DNA of 64,000 nucleotides from a virus (Duplodnaviria; Caudoviricetes): IMG/VR virus record IMGVR_UViG_3300009095_000001, positions 33,538 to 97,537 of that record; one strand, 5' to 3'. Shown piece by piece: positions 63,783 to 64,000 of this stretch (position 1 is its first letter; each line of letters starts with the position of its first letter). The notes under the pieces were generated by a model. It saw only the letters and a program-made list of their open reading frames with translations, ran no database searches and was not told where the DNA came from. The position numbers and the translations under genes were made by a program.

Positions 63783-64000
63783 TGGCTGAGCTACGCGAGA
63801 AGCAACCTGGCATCGAGTGGGAGGGGTTCCCCTGGCCCGGCGGTCCGCGGCCGGTCGGCAGCGCGTGGCGATGCGGCCCGATCGTCGTGCTCTCCGAGCT
63901 CGTCACCGCCGAGTATCCCGACGGCGACGGCGAGGGCCTGCAGTGGATCGTCTCGATCTCCGCCAACGGCAAGCGGCCCAAGCCCAAGCAGGTGCGCAAG
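63782..64000 (+). CDS. Hypothetical protein (3' partial)
   Basis: ATG overlaps upstream TGA; frame open to the window end. Confidence 0.55.
   Translation, partial: MAELREKQPGIEWEGFPWPGGPRPVGSAWRCGPIVVLSELVTAEYPDGDGEGLQWIVSISANGKRPKPKQVRK

Larger units (their letters stand above)
1..64000. mobile_element. Tailed phage/prophage (contractile tail; DUF1073/DUF2213/DUF2184-type head plus Mu-like tail), extends beyond both window edges
   Basis: Contiguous terminase-portal-protease-capsid-sheath-tube-tape measure-baseplate operon; phage-type replication/recombination module; many short tightly coupled ORFs; no host housekeeping operon. Confidence 0.95.

Noticed and set aside
1-64000. Transposable Mu-like phage
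   Set aside because: No MuA/MuB in the window; replication appears initiator/DnaB-based. Integration mode cannot be determined here

Overview
The whole 64 kb window reads as part of one high-GC tailed phage or prophage with a contractile tail (myovirus). No host genes, integrase, transposase or genome ends are visible. The likely host is a myxobacterium, inferred from the Cys-rich lipoproteins, the FHA domain and the sigma54-activator-like domain; this is not proven. Layout: (1) 1-15.8 kb, mostly minus strand, replication/recombination genes: SNF2 helicase end, RuvC-like, DnaA C-terminal HTH, UvrD-like helicase, GH25 endolysin, DnaB, an initiator with internal iterons, ERF and a RecE-like nuclease. 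(2) 16-20.9 kb, an accessory island with two divergent paralogous Cys-rich precursor + small membrane protein pairs, two Cys-rich lipoproteins and a displaced tail-fibre gene. (3) 20.9-45.2 kb, plus-strand morphogenesis: Mu gp28-like terminase, DUF1073-type portal, DUF2213 protease, DUF2184 capsid and a Mu-like tail/baseplate, with a -1 frameshifted tail chaperone. (4) 45-64 kb, accessory genes: collagen-like protein, DUF968, AlkB, SLOG-DUF4326, initiator tRNA-fMet followed by a ~460 nt highly structured non-coding segment, degenerate FHA protein, thymidylate kinase, XRE regulators, an N6-methylase-like protein and a Mom-like protein. Most notable: the portal fused to an HTH and a GAFTGA-less sigma54-activator AAA+ domain; the candidate polymorphic six-cysteine toxin/immunity pairs; the candidate large ncRNA behind the tRNA; and a recurring TANNNT-N6-start (leaderless) architecture. 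All family assignments come from motif recognition by eye, not database searches.
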